This document shows, piece after piece, positions 46,093 through 56,538 of a DNA stretch of 64,000 bases. A model generated the notes under the pieces. That model saw only the letters and a list, made by a program, of their open reading frames with translations. It did not search any database and was not told the origin of the DNA. This DNA is from an uncultured delta proteobacterium (GTDB lineage: Bacteria; Desulfobacterota; Desulfuromonadia; Desulfuromonadales; BM103): positions 1 to 64,000 of the forward strand of contig CAVQRZ010000030.1 in the NCBI GenBank assembly GCA_963715335.1, in the 5' to 3' direction. The position numbers and the translations under genes are program-made. Within the stretch, counting starts at the first letter, position 1, and each line of letters begins with the position of its first letter.

Positions 46093-47592
46093 ATGTTCAC
46101 CAGAAACCTGATTGGTCGAATCATAATTCTTTCATTCCTGCTCTTCCTTGTCGCAATCGGCAGTGTGACCCTGTTCCATATCCGCCGCGAACACACTCAT
46201 ATAACCGAAACCAGCCTGCATACCGCGGACCTGATGATGTCAGTGATCGAGCGGTCCATCAGCAGTTCAATGAGCACCGGCAATACGCGCGATGTTCAGA
46301 CGATCCTGGAGATGGTCGGAAGCGACCCGCGGCTTGCCGGCGTACGGATTTTTCACCCCGATGGCCGGATTCTGAAGTCTTCTGAGCCGAACGAAATCGG
46401 CCGACGGGTTGACCCTCACAGCCTGGGCACCTTCCTCCAGGGGCGGCAGCACGATATCTTCCGCAGTTCGTCCGGCGGTGAAGTCATGGGTGTCGTCAAG
46501 CCCATTTATACCGAGATGCGCTGTGCGCCTTGCCACGGCCCTGGTCGACGGGTGGTCGGGGTTTTGAACCTCGATATTTCCCTGGGGCAGATGGAAGTCC
46601 AGTTACTGGAGACCTCGCAGTTCTTCGGTTTTACCATGCTGGCCATGGTATTGCTCCTGACTGGCGGGGTCTCGCTGATCTTCCATCGCTTTGTCCGCCA
46701 GCCGTTGAAAGCCATCTCGGCGAAAATGGCGCAGGTTGAGGAAGGCGATCTCACTGTCCGTCTGAAACCGCAAAGCGAGGATGAGGTCGGTAGTCTGGCG
46801 GTCAGTTTCAACTCCATGGTTGACCGCTTGAGTGAAGCCAATGATGAACTCCAGCAATGCCATTATCAGCAGATGGAGCGTGTTGATCGACTCGCCTCGG
46901 TCGGTGAGATGTCTGCCGGCATCGCCCATGAGATCAAAAATCCTCTCGCGGCGATTAGCGGTGCAATCTCGGTTCTTTATGATGGCTTTGACAAAGAAGA
47001 TCCCCGTCGAGAGGTTATCAACAAGGTTCTCGAACAGATTGCTCGACTCGACAAGGCGGCTACCGATTTGCTCTTTTTCGGGCGGCCCGGCAAGCCGAGT
47101 TTCGAGTTTGTCGATACCAACGAGCTGCTCAACAAGACGATGTTTTTCGTCAGTCAGCACCCGGAAGCGAAGAATGTTCACCAAAATAAGGAATTTACTC
47201 GTCATTTGCCACCTGTTTGGGTTGACGCGAAGCAGCTGCAACAGGTATTTTTCAATATAATCATAAACGCCATACAGGCAATGAAGGATGGCGGCACTCT
47301 GCTCCTGCAGACCGACTTGATTGGCAATCAGGAAAAGCAGGTTGTCAGAGTCATGATCGGTGACTCCGGTCCGGGAATCGAGCCGGAAGTTCTGAACAAG
47401 ATTTTTACGCCATTTTTTACCACCAAGACCCAGGGTACCGGGCTCGGCCTGGCCATATGCCGACAACTCATAGAGCAACAGGGCGGTACGATCGAGATCA
47501 AGAGCCGAGTCGGAGAGGGATCCCGCGTTTTGATTGATTTGCCGGTCAGCTCGAACGCTGTTTCGTTTAAGAGTGAGGATGAACGTGCGTAA
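46093..47592 (+). CDS. HAMP sensor histidine kinase with periplasmic heme-c motif
   Basis: 2 TM flanking a sensor with CAPCH; HAMP; AHEIKNPL; TTKTQGTGLGL. Confidence 0.92.
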   Translation: MFTRNLIGRIIILSFLLFLVAIGSVTLFHIRREHTHITETSLHTADLMMSVIERSISSSMSTGNTRDVQTILEMVGSDPRLAGVRIFHPDGRILKSSEPNEIGRRVDPHSLGTFLQGRQHDIFRSSSGGEVMGVVKPIYTEMRCAPCHGPGRRVVGVLNLDISLGQMEVQLLETSQFFGFTMLAMVLLLTGGVSLIFHRFVRQPLKAISAKMAQVEEGDLTVRLKPQSEDEVGSLAVSFNSMVDRLSEANDELQQCHYQQMERVDRLASVGEMSAGIAHEIKNPLAAISGAISVLYDGFDKEDPRREVINKVLEQIARLDKAATDLLFFGRPGKPSFEFVDTNELLNKTMFFVSQHPEAKNVHQNKEFTRHLPPVWVDAKQLQQVFFNIIINAIQAMKDGGTLLLQTDLIGNQEKQVVRVMIGDSGPGIEPEVLNKIFTPFFTTKTQGTGLGLAICRQLIEQQGGTIEIKSRVGEGSRVLIDLPVSSNAVSFKSEDERA

Positions 47593-48958
47593 TACAAGAA
47601 TACTGGTTGTTGATGATGAACATTTGATCCGCTGGTCGCTGGAGCAGTCGCTGATGAAGCAGGGCTACGATGTGGCCACCGCTGCCAGTGGCGAGGAAGC
47701 CATCAAGCAGGTTCACGATGAGGCTCCGGAACTGGTGCTGCTCGATATCCAGCTGCCTGGCATAGATGGCCTCGAGGTCCTGCAGAAGATCAAGGAAATT
47801 GACAGCGATATTATAGTGGTCATGGTAACGGCCCTCGGTGTTCTCGAAACCGCTATCAAAGCCATGCGTCTCGGCGCCCACGATTATATCAACAAACCGT
47901 TCAATCTTGACGAACTCTCGATTATCGTCAAGAAGGCCCTCGAAACCCGCCGATTGCGGAAGGAGGTTGCCCACCTGCGCTCCGCCCAGGAGCACAAGTT
48001 CGGTATCGACAATATCATTGGTGACAGCCGCCACATGAAGCAGGTCCTCGACATGGTGCGCAAGGTGGCGAAGAGCGATGCCAGTACGGTCCTCATTCAG
48101 GGTGAGAGCGGTACTGGCAAGGAATTGATCGCCAGAGCTATCCACATGGAAAGCGCCAGAAAAGACAAGCCATTCATGGCGATCAACTGTGCCGCTGTAC
48201 CCGAGACCTTGTTGGAAAGCGAATTGATGGGTCACGAAAAAGGGGCTTTCACCGATGCCAAGAACCAGAAGCGCGGCCTCTTCGAGATGTCCGATGGCGG
48301 CACTATCTTCCTCGACGAAATAGGCGACATGGAGATGGGGATGCAGGCCAAGCTTTTGCGTATCCTCGAGGAGCGCACTTTCCGCCGGGTCGGTGGTACC
48401 AAGGAGATTCCGGTCGATGTGCGGATAGTTTCGGCAACCAACCAGGAACTGCTGAAGAAGATCGAGGAAAAGACCTTTCGCAACGACCTCTACTATCGGC
48501 TCCAGGTGATTCCGATTTACCTGCCGCCGCTGCGCGAGCGGCGGGAAGATATCATGCCCCTGGTCGAGTTCTTTATCCGGTATTACAGCAAGGAGTTCGG
48601 TAAAACCGTTACTGGCGTGTCCAAGATGGCACGCAAGTTCCTTGAGGAGTACGAATGGCCCGGTAATGTCCGCGAGCTGCGCAACATAATCGAACGAGCG
48701 ATCATTCTCGAGAACGCAGAGACGCTCATGCTTGAGCACCTGCCCCGGGAGTTGGTCTCCAAGACCGGCGATCTCGCTTCCGGACCGACGAGTCTGCGTA
48801 TCCCGCCGGAAGGGATTGATATCGAGGATGTTGAGCGGGAGTTGATACGCCAGGCTCTCGAAATTTCCGATGGTAACCAGTCAAAGGCTGCCCAGAAGCT
48901 CAGCCTCGGGATCGACGCTTTTCGTTACAGGATGAAAAAATTCGGTTTTTTAAGTTGA
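47579..48958 (+). CDS. Sigma-54-dependent response regulator (NtrC family)
   Basis: REC (VVDDE, LLD), GESGTGKE, GAFTDA, WPGNVREL, C-terminal HTH. Confidence 0.95.
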   Translation: MNVRNTRILVVDDEHLIRWSLEQSLMKQGYDVATAASGEEAIKQVHDEAPELVLLDIQLPGIDGLEVLQKIKEIDSDIIVVMVTALGVLETAIKAMRLGAHDYINKPFNLDELSIIVKKALETRRLRKEVAHLRSAQEHKFGIDNIIGDSRHMKQVLDMVRKVAKSDASTVLIQGESGTGKELIARAIHMESARKDKPFMAINCAAVPETLLESELMGHEKGAFTDAKNQKRGLFEMSDGGTIFLDEIGDMEMGMQAKLLRILEERTFRRVGGTKEIPVDVRIVSATNQELLKKIEEKTFRNDLYYRLQVIPIYLPPLRERREDIMPLVEFFIRYYSKEFGKTVTGVSKMARKFLEEYEWPGNVRELRNIIERAIILENAETLMLEHLPRELVSKTGDLASGPTSLRIPPEGIDIEDVERELIRQALEISDGNQSKAAQKLSLGIDAFRYRMKKFGFLS

Positions 48959-48974
48959 GCGACATGGCGGCCGC

Positions 48975-49175
48975 TTAACAGAATCGGCTCAGCCCTCCGC
49001 TCTCCGGACCGGCGACGAAGGCAAAAGCCTGGATGTCGTGCCCCTTGTTGATCAGGCGGCGACTTTCACGGTCACGCCGAAAGCGCTTGTTCTCGGTCTC
49101 CTCGGTATATTGCTCACCACGCCAGCGAAACTCGTCAAACTCCGGTATACCAATGTCCTCCGGGGTTCCTTGCAC
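48975..49175 (-). CDS. Possible small hypothetical protein (may be the 3' part of an interrupted ORF starting at 49253)
   Basis: 66-aa ORF filling the intergenic gap; no recognisable motif. Confidence 0.3.
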   Translation of the reverse strand: MQGTPEDIGIPEFDEFRWRGEQYTEETENKRFRRDRESRRLINKGHDIQAFAFVAGPESGGLSRFC

Positions 49176-49366
49176 ATAAGGTTTCTATTCTAACGGGAGA
49201 GTGTATGCCCACAGAAACAGGCATCCGATAGCGAGAAGGCTGCTTGGGTTCATCCCCTATATTCAGTCTTTTTCTGCGAGGATTTGGTGCCGTTTGCCTC
49301 ACTCGTGTTGCCTGGAGAGGGAGGCGATTTTCTTCGAATTTAAAGTGAGAGGAGGCAAGGCGGGTA

Positions 49367-50140
49367 ATGAATACTCTGGCATACGATGAGCAGGGCCTGG
49401 GCCTGCCGGTGGTGTTGATCCATGGCTTTCCGCTAAACCGCAGGATGTGGCGGCCACAGCTAGGGGTGTTGGCAAGCTCCGGGTGCCGAGTGATCTGTCC
49501 CGATCTGCAGGGGTTTGGCGAGAGCCCGTTTTCTGGCCGGCAGGCGACGATGTCTCTGTACGCCGATGCGTTGATCCGGCTGCTTGATCGTCTCGATATC
49601 GCCAAAGCCGTGGTCGGCGGCATGTCGATGGGAGGATATGTGCTGCTCAACATGGTCGAACGGTATCCGGAACGGCTGTTGGGAGCAATGTACCTGGTGA
49701 CCCGCGCGGCCGCCGACGATGCCGCCGGCAGGGAGAAGCGGACCACGCTGGCAGCAGAGGTTGAGAACGGCAACCTTCTGGCCGTTCCTGAAGCTTTTGT
49801 CCAGGTGCTGTTCGCACCGCAGACCCCACGGGAAAAACCGGAACTGGTCAGCGAGGTCAAGCGATGGATGGAATCTACGCCGGCGCAGGGGGTGGTTGGC
49901 GGTCTGCTGGCGATGCGAGACCGCGCTGATTACATCGAGCGGCTGGGAGGATTAAATGTCCCGTCTCTCGTCGTTGGTGCCGAACAGGACATGGCGGTGC
50001 CCCCCGAACATGCCCGGGTCCTGGCTGATGGATTGCCGGATGCCGAGTTAAAAATAATCCTCGGCGCCGGTCATATGGCCAATCTGGAACGGCCTGACCT
50101 GTTCAACCAAGCGCTACTCGCATTTCTTGCAAAGTTTTAA
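49367..50140 (+). CDS. Alpha/beta fold hydrolase
   Basis: IHGFP, PDLQGFG, GMSMGG nucleophile elbow, AGH. Confidence 0.92.
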   Translation: MNTLAYDEQGLGLPVVLIHGFPLNRRMWRPQLGVLASSGCRVICPDLQGFGESPFSGRQATMSLYADALIRLLDRLDIAKAVVGGMSMGGYVLLNMVERYPERLLGAMYLVTRAAADDAAGREKRTTLAAEVENGNLLAVPEAFVQVLFAPQTPREKPELVSEVKRWMESTPAQGVVGGLLAMRDRADYIERLGGLNVPSLVVGAEQDMAVPPEHARVLADGLPDAELKIILGAGHMANLERPDLFNQALLAFLAKF

Positions 50141-50196
50141 GGGCAGGGCAACACGGCACGCGACAATCTTGTTTACGTTCTGCGTCCAAGCTGCCC

Positions 50197-51660
50197 CTAT
50201 GGATACTTTTCGAGGTACTGCTTCAATTTCACCTTCCGCCGCGTATTATCCGAGCTCATGTAGCGCACTTTGCCGAAGATCTCCCGTTCGGGACCCCAGG
50301 CCCGGTCGTAGCGTCCCAGGCACCAGAAAATACCACTGTAAGAATTCGGATCCCGGCCGTCGAGGGCGTAGCGGTCGTTGAGTTCAAGCATGATTTCCAG
50401 GGCCTGTTCCGGACTTGCTGACCACTCGAGAATTTTTTTCCCCCACAACATACGCAGATAGTTATGCAGGGTCCCCTCGCGTCGCAGCTGGTTCTGAGCG
50501 GCGTTCCAGAGCTGGTCGTGGGTTTGTGCATCGGCAAACTCCTGTAGCGTGTAGCAGTAAGGTCGTGAGTCGCAGCGGTGTTCGTCGAGGGTCCGGCGAG
50601 CCCACTCCGGGAGGCTTTTGTAGCTCCGGTAAAGTTCAGGTTCAAAACAACACATATTGAAGCCGAGTTCACGCCAGGTGATCAACTGGTCGAGGAAGGC
50701 TTCGGCGTTGATCGACATGTGCCACCAGCCGCTACGCCTGCCGTCAGTACGCAACGACAGGTTGTGGGGAACCCAGTCTTCTTGTTTGACGATCACAGAG
50801 AAAATTTCGTGACTACTGATATGACCGAAATGCAGGTAGGGGGAGAGGCCGCTGGTGGCATCAAGATCGGGATGGTTGCGGTCCTCGGTGTAACGGTCGA
50901 GCTTGTTGGCAAGGAACTCGGTCAACCTTTGCCGTGCGGCGTCCTGCCCTCCGCTGGTTCGCACAGGCGCGACATCGTGATCAACAGGAAGATTCTCCAG
51001 GCGAAATTCCCCGGCCTGCTGCAGTTCCGCTGTAGCGGATGGCCAGCGTTCAGTGATCGATTCCGTCAGAAACGGTCCTGATGGACCTTTCAACCCGTCC
51101 AGAGGTTCGTCTTCCGGCCACTCCATCAGGTGCTGCGGCAGGTTCTTCTGTAGAAAACGGCGGAACGCATAGGCGGTGGGGAAGGCGTGGTCGGCAACCC
51201 GCATCGGCAGCAGCCCATTGCCATCGACCGCTTCCAGGCGTATCGGCAGGAGCTCTCCTGCGGACCGTAAAAGGCGGGAGAAAAAGAGTGACGGGAAGTC
51301 ATCGGTGATCACCAGGCAGGCCTGCGCGGAAAGGGCCGCGAGGAGCCCCTGGCCCGCCCCCGGTGCAGGCTCGACGTACGGATAGTAAACCAGCGCCTTG
51401 CCGGTAAGGGCTCGCAGGTTGTCGGCCATGCCTTGCAGGATGAAACGGTGCAACCGGTCGCTGGCGTAAGGGTAATCACAGTCGAGAGGTTCCAGAATAA
51501 GCAGCGGTTTGCTTAGCTCGACAGACACTTCGACGGCCCGCTGCAGGGAGAAATTCCACCGGGTGCGCCGGCAGGCTATCATCCAGTAAAGAACATATTT
51601 CCCCTCCGGGTTGAACCCCCTGTTGTTGATGAGGCTTATGCGCTGGGCGGGAACCTTCAC
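50197..51660 (-). CDS. phr: Deoxyribodipyrimidine photolyase, class II type
   Basis: YVLYWM, SGLSPYLHFGHIS, HNYLRMLWGKKILEW, DGRDPNSY, FGKVRYM. Confidence 0.92.
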   Translation of the reverse strand: MKVPAQRISLINNRGFNPEGKYVLYWMIACRRTRWNFSLQRAVEVSVELSKPLLILEPLDCDYPYASDRLHRFILQGMADNLRALTGKALVYYPYVEPAPGAGQGLLAALSAQACLVITDDFPSLFFSRLLRSAGELLPIRLEAVDGNGLLPMRVADHAFPTAYAFRRFLQKNLPQHLMEWPEDEPLDGLKGPSGPFLTESITERWPSATAELQQAGEFRLENLPVDHDVAPVRTSGGQDAARQRLTEFLANKLDRYTEDRNHPDLDATSGLSPYLHFGHISSHEIFSVIVKQEDWVPHNLSLRTDGRRSGWWHMSINAEAFLDQLITWRELGFNMCCFEPELYRSYKSLPEWARRTLDEHRCDSRPYCYTLQEFADAQTHDQLWNAAQNQLRREGTLHNYLRMLWGKKILEWSASPEQALEIMLELNDRYALDGRDPNSYSGIFWCLGRYDRAWGPEREIFGKVRYMSSDNTRRKVKLKQYLEKYP

Positions 51661-51818
51661 GGAGCTGTCCTTGGCAAGTGCTGGTAGCTTGGTACACTAT
51701 ACCAGAATTAATGGTGAGGGGAATGCGGCACGGGGGATGCGGACATGCCAACCCAAGCATGATGTACTTGACAAGTCGAATGGACTAACCAAACTATCAC
51801 CACGAACCAGGAGTCTAT

Positions 51819-52769
51819 ATGACCGAAAAAATCCGCCTTGGCGTCAGCAGTTGCCTGCTTGGCGAAATGGTCCGCTACGATGGTGGCCACCAGCTCGATC
51901 GCTACCTGCGTGATACGCTCGGCCAGTACGTCGAATATGTACCGGTATGCCCCGAGGTGGAAATGGGTCTGCCGACACCGCGCGAAACCCTGCGCCTGGT
52001 CGAGCGGGACGGCGAGGCACGCCTGGTGTTCTCAAAGTCGGGTGAAGACATCACCGGGCAGATGCTGGCCTGGGCGCAGCAGCGCGTCAGGGCGCTGGAG
52101 AAGGAAGACCTGTGCGGATTTGTTTTCAAGGCCAAGTCGCCGTCGAGTGGCATGGAACGGGTCAAGCTCTATGATCGAAACGGCGTCCCCAGCAAGCAGG
52201 GCATAGGGCTGTTTGCGCGGGTGTTCATGGAGCACTTTCCGCTGCTGCCGGTGGAAGAAGATGGCCGTCTGCACGACCCACGCCTGCGGGAGAATTTCGT
52301 TGAATGTCTATTTACCTTCAAACGCTGGCGGGCCTTGCTGGCAAAGGGCCAAAGTGCCGGCAACCTGGTTGATTTCCATACCCGGCACAAACTGCTTATC
52401 ATGGCGCATAGCCCGGAGATCTATCGACAGATGGGCAAGCTCGTCGCCACGGCAGGCAAGGCTTCGGGTGGCAACCTGTTTGCCGAATACGAGGCTTTAT
52501 TGATGAAGGGGATGCGTCTGCATGCTTCGGTGCGCAAACAGGTCAACGTGCTGCAACATTTGCTCGGGTACTTCAAAAAGCAGCTGAGCGCCGACGAGAA
52601 GCAGGAGGCGCTGGAGCAGATTGACCTGTACCGCAATGGCACCCTGCCGCTGGTGGTGCCCCTGACCCTGATCAACCATTATGTGCGCAAGTACGACCAG
52701 CCTTACCTGCAGCAACAACTCTACCTCAACCCGCATCCGGTTGAACTGCAATTGCGCAACCATGTTTAA
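51819..52769 (+). CDS. ybgA: DUF523/DUF1722 (YbgA-like) protein
   Basis: GVSSCLLGEMVRYDGGH, CPEVEMGLPTPR, KSPSSG, FHTRHKLLIMAHS. Confidence 0.9.
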   Translation: MTEKIRLGVSSCLLGEMVRYDGGHQLDRYLRDTLGQYVEYVPVCPEVEMGLPTPRETLRLVERDGEARLVFSKSGEDITGQMLAWAQQRVRALEKEDLCGFVFKAKSPSSGMERVKLYDRNGVPSKQGIGLFARVFMEHFPLLPVEEDGRLHDPRLRENFVECLFTFKRWRALLAKGQSAGNLVDFHTRHKLLIMAHSPEIYRQMGKLVATAGKASGGNLFAEYEALLMKGMRLHASVRKQVNVLQHLLGYFKKQLSADEKQEALEQIDLYRNGTLPLVVPLTLINHYVRKYDQPYLQQQLYLNPHPVELQLRNHV

Positions 52770-52876
52770 AGCATGGCTCGTGGTGTAAAAAGCTTTTCCT
52801 GCGGGGTGCTTTAAAGTTAGATGCCCAGATGTTTTTGTCGCGCCACGCGCCAAGGGTTTCTGTTATCATTCTTGCC

Positions 52877-54121
52877 ATGAAATGGCTGATTCTTCTCGCA
52901 TATCTGTTAGTCATGGCGTTACGTTTGTGGCTGCGTCGCTTGAACCTGAATTACCTTGCGCGCCACGGGCATGAAGTTCCGCAGGCCTTTGCAGGTTTCG
53001 TTGACCAGGAACTGTTGAAAAGGACCTCCGAATACACTCTGGCCAACAGCCGGACGGGGTTGATAGAATTGCTCTTCTCCAGTCTGCTCCTGGTCATATT
53101 CCTGTTTGGTGGTCTGCTCGAGTGGTACGACAGCCGGGTTGGCACCCTGACCAACTCTTTCATCGGCCAGGGAGTGCTCTTTGTGCTGGGCCTGACCCTG
53201 GTCCAGACAGCACTGGACACCCCCTTCAGCCTTTATCGCACCTTCGTCCTGGAAGAACGGTTCCAGTTCAACACCTCGACACCGAAACTCTGGTTCACCG
53301 ACCTGGTGAAGTCCCTGCTCCTCGGTGCTGTGCTGCTCTCCCTGGTGACGGCCGGTGCTCTGGCCCTGGTGCAGACCAGTCCGGATTCCTGGTGGCTGTG
53401 GGTGTGTGGCTTTCAGGCTTTGATCACACTGCTCCTGATGTACCTCTCGCCGGTTCTGATTGAGCCGCTATTCTTCAAGTTTCGTCCGCTCCAGAACGAA
53501 GAGCTCGCCGAACGGGTCAAACGGGTGATGGCCCGGGCCGGGCTGCAGGTGGACCGGGTGCAGCAGGTCGATGCATCAAGGCGCAGCAAACACTCCAATG
53601 CCTATTTCACCGGCATCGGCAGGGTCAAGCGCATCGTTTTGTTTGATACCCTCCTGGAACAGATGGCTGATGAAGAAATCATCGGTGTGCTGGCGCACGA
53701 GGCCGGCCACTGGAAGCTCGGCCATATCTGGAAACGCCTGCTGGGAATGGGGCTGGCCTCCCTTGTGGTCTGCTGGCTGGCGTGGTATCTGCTCGGCCAG
53801 GGCAGTTTGCCAGGATGGTTCGGCCTCGGTCCGCTGAGCTTCGTCGGCCAGGTCGTGCTGCTGAGTTTCCTTGCCAGCCTGGCCGGGTTTCTCCTGACCC
53901 CGCTATCCAGTGGACTGTCCCGTCGCCACGAGTGGCAGGCCGACCGCTTTGCCTACGGGCTGACCGGTGAAACTCAGCCCTTGTCAAGAGCATTGGCCAA
54001 ACTGTCCTGTGAGAATCTGAGCAACCTGCATCCGCATCCTTACTATGCCTGGTTTTACTACTCGCACCCACCGGTTACGGCCAGGATTGCCAGACTGTCA
54101 GAGCTGGAGTCTTCTCCATGA
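52877..54121 (+). CDS. M48 (Ste24-like) metallopeptidase
   Basis: NAYFTG, KRIVLFDTL, AHEAGH, SRRHEWQAD, YSHPP. Confidence 0.93.
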   Translation: MKWLILLAYLLVMALRLWLRRLNLNYLARHGHEVPQAFAGFVDQELLKRTSEYTLANSRTGLIELLFSSLLLVIFLFGGLLEWYDSRVGTLTNSFIGQGVLFVLGLTLVQTALDTPFSLYRTFVLEERFQFNTSTPKLWFTDLVKSLLLGAVLLSLVTAGALALVQTSPDSWWLWVCGFQALITLLLMYLSPVLIEPLFFKFRPLQNEELAERVKRVMARAGLQVDRVQQVDASRRSKHSNAYFTGIGRVKRIVLFDTLLEQMADEEIIGVLAHEAGHWKLGHIWKRLLGMGLASLVVCWLAWYLLGQGSLPGWFGLGPLSFVGQVVLLSFLASLAGFLLTPLSSGLSRRHEWQADRFAYGLTGETQPLSRALAKLSCENLSNLHPHPYYAWFYYSHPPVTARIARLSELESSP

Positions 54122-55272
54122 GGTCCATGACGATCATCCTCATCGCAACGGTTTTGACCATTTCGGCCCTCTATGTGCCACAGCCATTGCTGCCAGTTCT
54201 CGCCGCGCAGTTTGCGGTCAGCCGGGAGATGGCTGCCCTGTTGACCACGATCGTTTTTATCCCTCTGAGCCTTGCCCCGCTGGTCTACGGTTACCTGCTC
54301 GAGGCAATCCCTGCCAAACGCATTCTGCGCATCGCCATGCCGCTGCTGGGGATCTCATCGTTGTTGCTCGGTTTTGTCGACAGCTACAGCTGGATGCTCG
54401 GTTGGAGGCTTTTCCAGGGGTTGTTGATCCCCGCGCTTTTGACTGCTCTGATGACCTATACCTCACAGAGTGCCACACAAGGTGATATGCAGCGGGCCAT
54501 GGCCTGGTATATCGGCGCGACGATCGCCGGGGGTTTCGCCGGGCGGGCCCTGTCCGGAATCATTGCCAGCCTGTTTCACTGGCGTGTCAGCTTTCTGGTC
54601 CTCGGGGTCAGCATCCTGATCGCCTGGGTCTGGCTGGCAAAACTGCCGGAGACCGGAACTATGCGCGTGCAACGCCCGCGTCTTGGTCTGATCAAAGAGA
54701 TCCTGGCCAAACCGGTGTTCCGCCGCGCCTACCTGATGATCTTCTGTTTTTTTCTGGCCTTTGCAGCGATCATGAACTTTCTGCCGTTCCGCCTGACCGA
54801 ACTGACCGCGGAGGCAGATGAGCTGCGAATCGGGTTGGCTTATTCCGGCTACATGATGGGGCTGCTTGCCTCGTTGAACGCTGTAAAGCTGCAGCGCTGG
54901 TGCGGCGGCGTTGAACGGACCATGGTCATAGCCCTGGTTCTCTATCTTGTCGCTCTGGTTCTGCTGGGTGTCCCTTCCGTTACTTTGCTGCTGGCAGCCA
55001 TGTTCCTCTTCTGCGGTGCCATGTTCCTGACCCATGCCACCGCAACCGGGCTGTTGAACCGGCTTGCCGAGGGCCACAAGGGGATGGTCAACGGGCTCTA
55101 CGTTGCTTTCTATTATGGTGGCGGGGCGCTCGGATCAATCCTTCCCGGCTATGTGTACCGGGGGTTCGGCTGGGTTGGTTTCATCGTGGTTCTGGTTGTT
55201 TTCGTGGTCGTTGCCCTACTGCTGGCTGTCAGCCTGGTACGCGAGGATTCCATTGCAAGCACAAACCGCTAA
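54118..55272 (+). CDS. MFS transporter (YnfM-like)
   Basis: ~12 TM; LYVPQPLLP, GGFAGR, YVAFYYGGGALG. Confidence 0.88.
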   Translation: MRSMTIILIATVLTISALYVPQPLLPVLAAQFAVSREMAALLTTIVFIPLSLAPLVYGYLLEAIPAKRILRIAMPLLGISSLLLGFVDSYSWMLGWRLFQGLLIPALLTALMTYTSQSATQGDMQRAMAWYIGATIAGGFAGRALSGIIASLFHWRVSFLVLGVSILIAWVWLAKLPETGTMRVQRPRLGLIKEILAKPVFRRAYLMIFCFFLAFAAIMNFLPFRLTELTAEADELRIGLAYSGYMMGLLASLNAVKLQRWCGGVERTMVIALVLYLVALVLLGVPSVTLLLAAMFLFCGAMFLTHATATGLLNRLAEGHKGMVNGLYVAFYYGGGALGSILPGYVYRGFGWVGFIVVLVVFVVVALLLAVSLVREDSIASTNR

Positions 55273-55369
55273 TCTGCTGAAAATCCATTTGTTTAGGTTG
55301 ACAGAATGCAGGGCCGTGAGTATCTTTACTGCTTCATTCTCTTATTCGCGTACACTGAAAGGATTCCCC

Positions 55370-56086
55370 ATGTACCACAGACTGTTTGCCGTTATGTTCA
55401 TGCTGGCCTACCTCGTCGGTTGTTCCCCGCAAGAGGCAAGTTCCGCACCCGAATTGAAACTCGATACCCCGAAGAACCGGATCAGTTACACGATCGGTGT
55501 AAATATCGGTCAGGATTTCAAGTCCCAGAAGATGGATGTTGACCCCGATATCCTGTTGATGGGGCTTAAAGACTCCGTGTCCGGCAAGGAACTGCAGCTC
55601 ACCGAAGAGGAGATGGTGCAGGAAATCCAGACTTTCCAGGAGGAGATGCAGGCCAAAATGATTGCTGAAATGGAAGAGAAGTCGACCAAGAACAAGGCCG
55701 CGGGAGAGGCCTTCCTGGCTGAGAATGCCAAGCAGGAAGGTGTCGTGGTGACCGAGAGTGGCCTTCAATATAAAGTCCTTGAACCGGGCGCAGGGAATTC
55801 GCCTGGGCCGGCCGACATTGCGACGGTCCACTATCGCGGTACATTGATCGACGGGACCCAGTTTGACAGCTCCTACGACCGTGGCCAGCCGGCGACCTTC
55901 CCGGTGGGCGGCGTGATTGCCGGCTGGACCGAAGCCTTGCAACTGATGAAGCCCGGCGCGAAATGGCAGCTGTTCATTCCTGCCGCGCTCGCATATGGCG
56001 AGAGAGGTGCCGGACAGGATATCGGGCCCAATGCAACTTTGTTGTTCGATGTTGAGCTGATCAGCGTTGAAAAGGGCGGGAATTGA
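55370..56086 (+). CDS. FKBP-type peptidyl-prolyl isomerase (FkpA/Mip-like), probable lipoprotein
   Basis: LVGC lipobox; SYTIG, TESGLQY, VHYRGTLIDGTQFDSS, VIAGWTEALQLM. Confidence 0.93.
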   Translation: MYHRLFAVMFMLAYLVGCSPQEASSAPELKLDTPKNRISYTIGVNIGQDFKSQKMDVDPDILLMGLKDSVSGKELQLTEEEMVQEIQTFQEEMQAKMIAEMEEKSTKNKAAGEAFLAENAKQEGVVVTESGLQYKVLEPGAGNSPGPADIATVHYRGTLIDGTQFDSSYDRGQPATFPVGGVIAGWTEALQLMKPGAKWQLFIPAALAYGERGAGQDIGPNATLLFDVELISVEKGGN

Positions 56087-56523
56087 TGGGTGATCGGGAG
56101 ACCCGTGTCGTTGCTGCCGGTGACCGGGTTCGCGTCAATTACATCGGGCGCTTTGCTGACGGTTCAGTCTTCGACTCGTCGGAGGGGCATGAACCGCTGG
56201 AGTTCACCGTAGGCGCTGGCCAGGTGATCGTCGGCTTCGATCAGGCGGTTGTTGGTCTAAAACCAGGTGAAAGTTGCAAAGTTGTGGTGGCCCCCGAAGA
56301 TGGCTATGGCAACCATCTCCCGGAGATGGTTGCCAAGGTGGAAAAACATCTGATTCCAGACCATGACAAGCTGGTCCTTGGCAGCATGCTTGAGGTCGGC
56401 CTTGAAGACGGCCAGTCATTGGAGGTGCAGGTAGTAGAAGTTTCCGATGATTCGGTGGTCCTGGATGGGAACCATCCCCTGGCAGGCAAGGAGTTGCACT
56501 TTGAAATAGTGCTGCTCGAGTGA
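56086..56523 (+). CDS. FKBP-type peptidyl-prolyl isomerase (SlyD/SlpA-like)
   Basis: DGSVFDSS, GQVIVGF, DGNHPLAGKELHFEI. Confidence 0.92.
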   Translation: MGDRETRVVAAGDRVRVNYIGRFADGSVFDSSEGHEPLEFTVGAGQVIVGFDQAVVGLKPGESCKVVVAPEDGYGNHLPEMVAKVEKHLIPDHDKLVLGSMLEVGLEDGQSLEVQVVEVSDDSVVLDGNHPLAGKELHFEIVLLE

Positions 56524-56538
56524 ATCGTTAAATGACCA

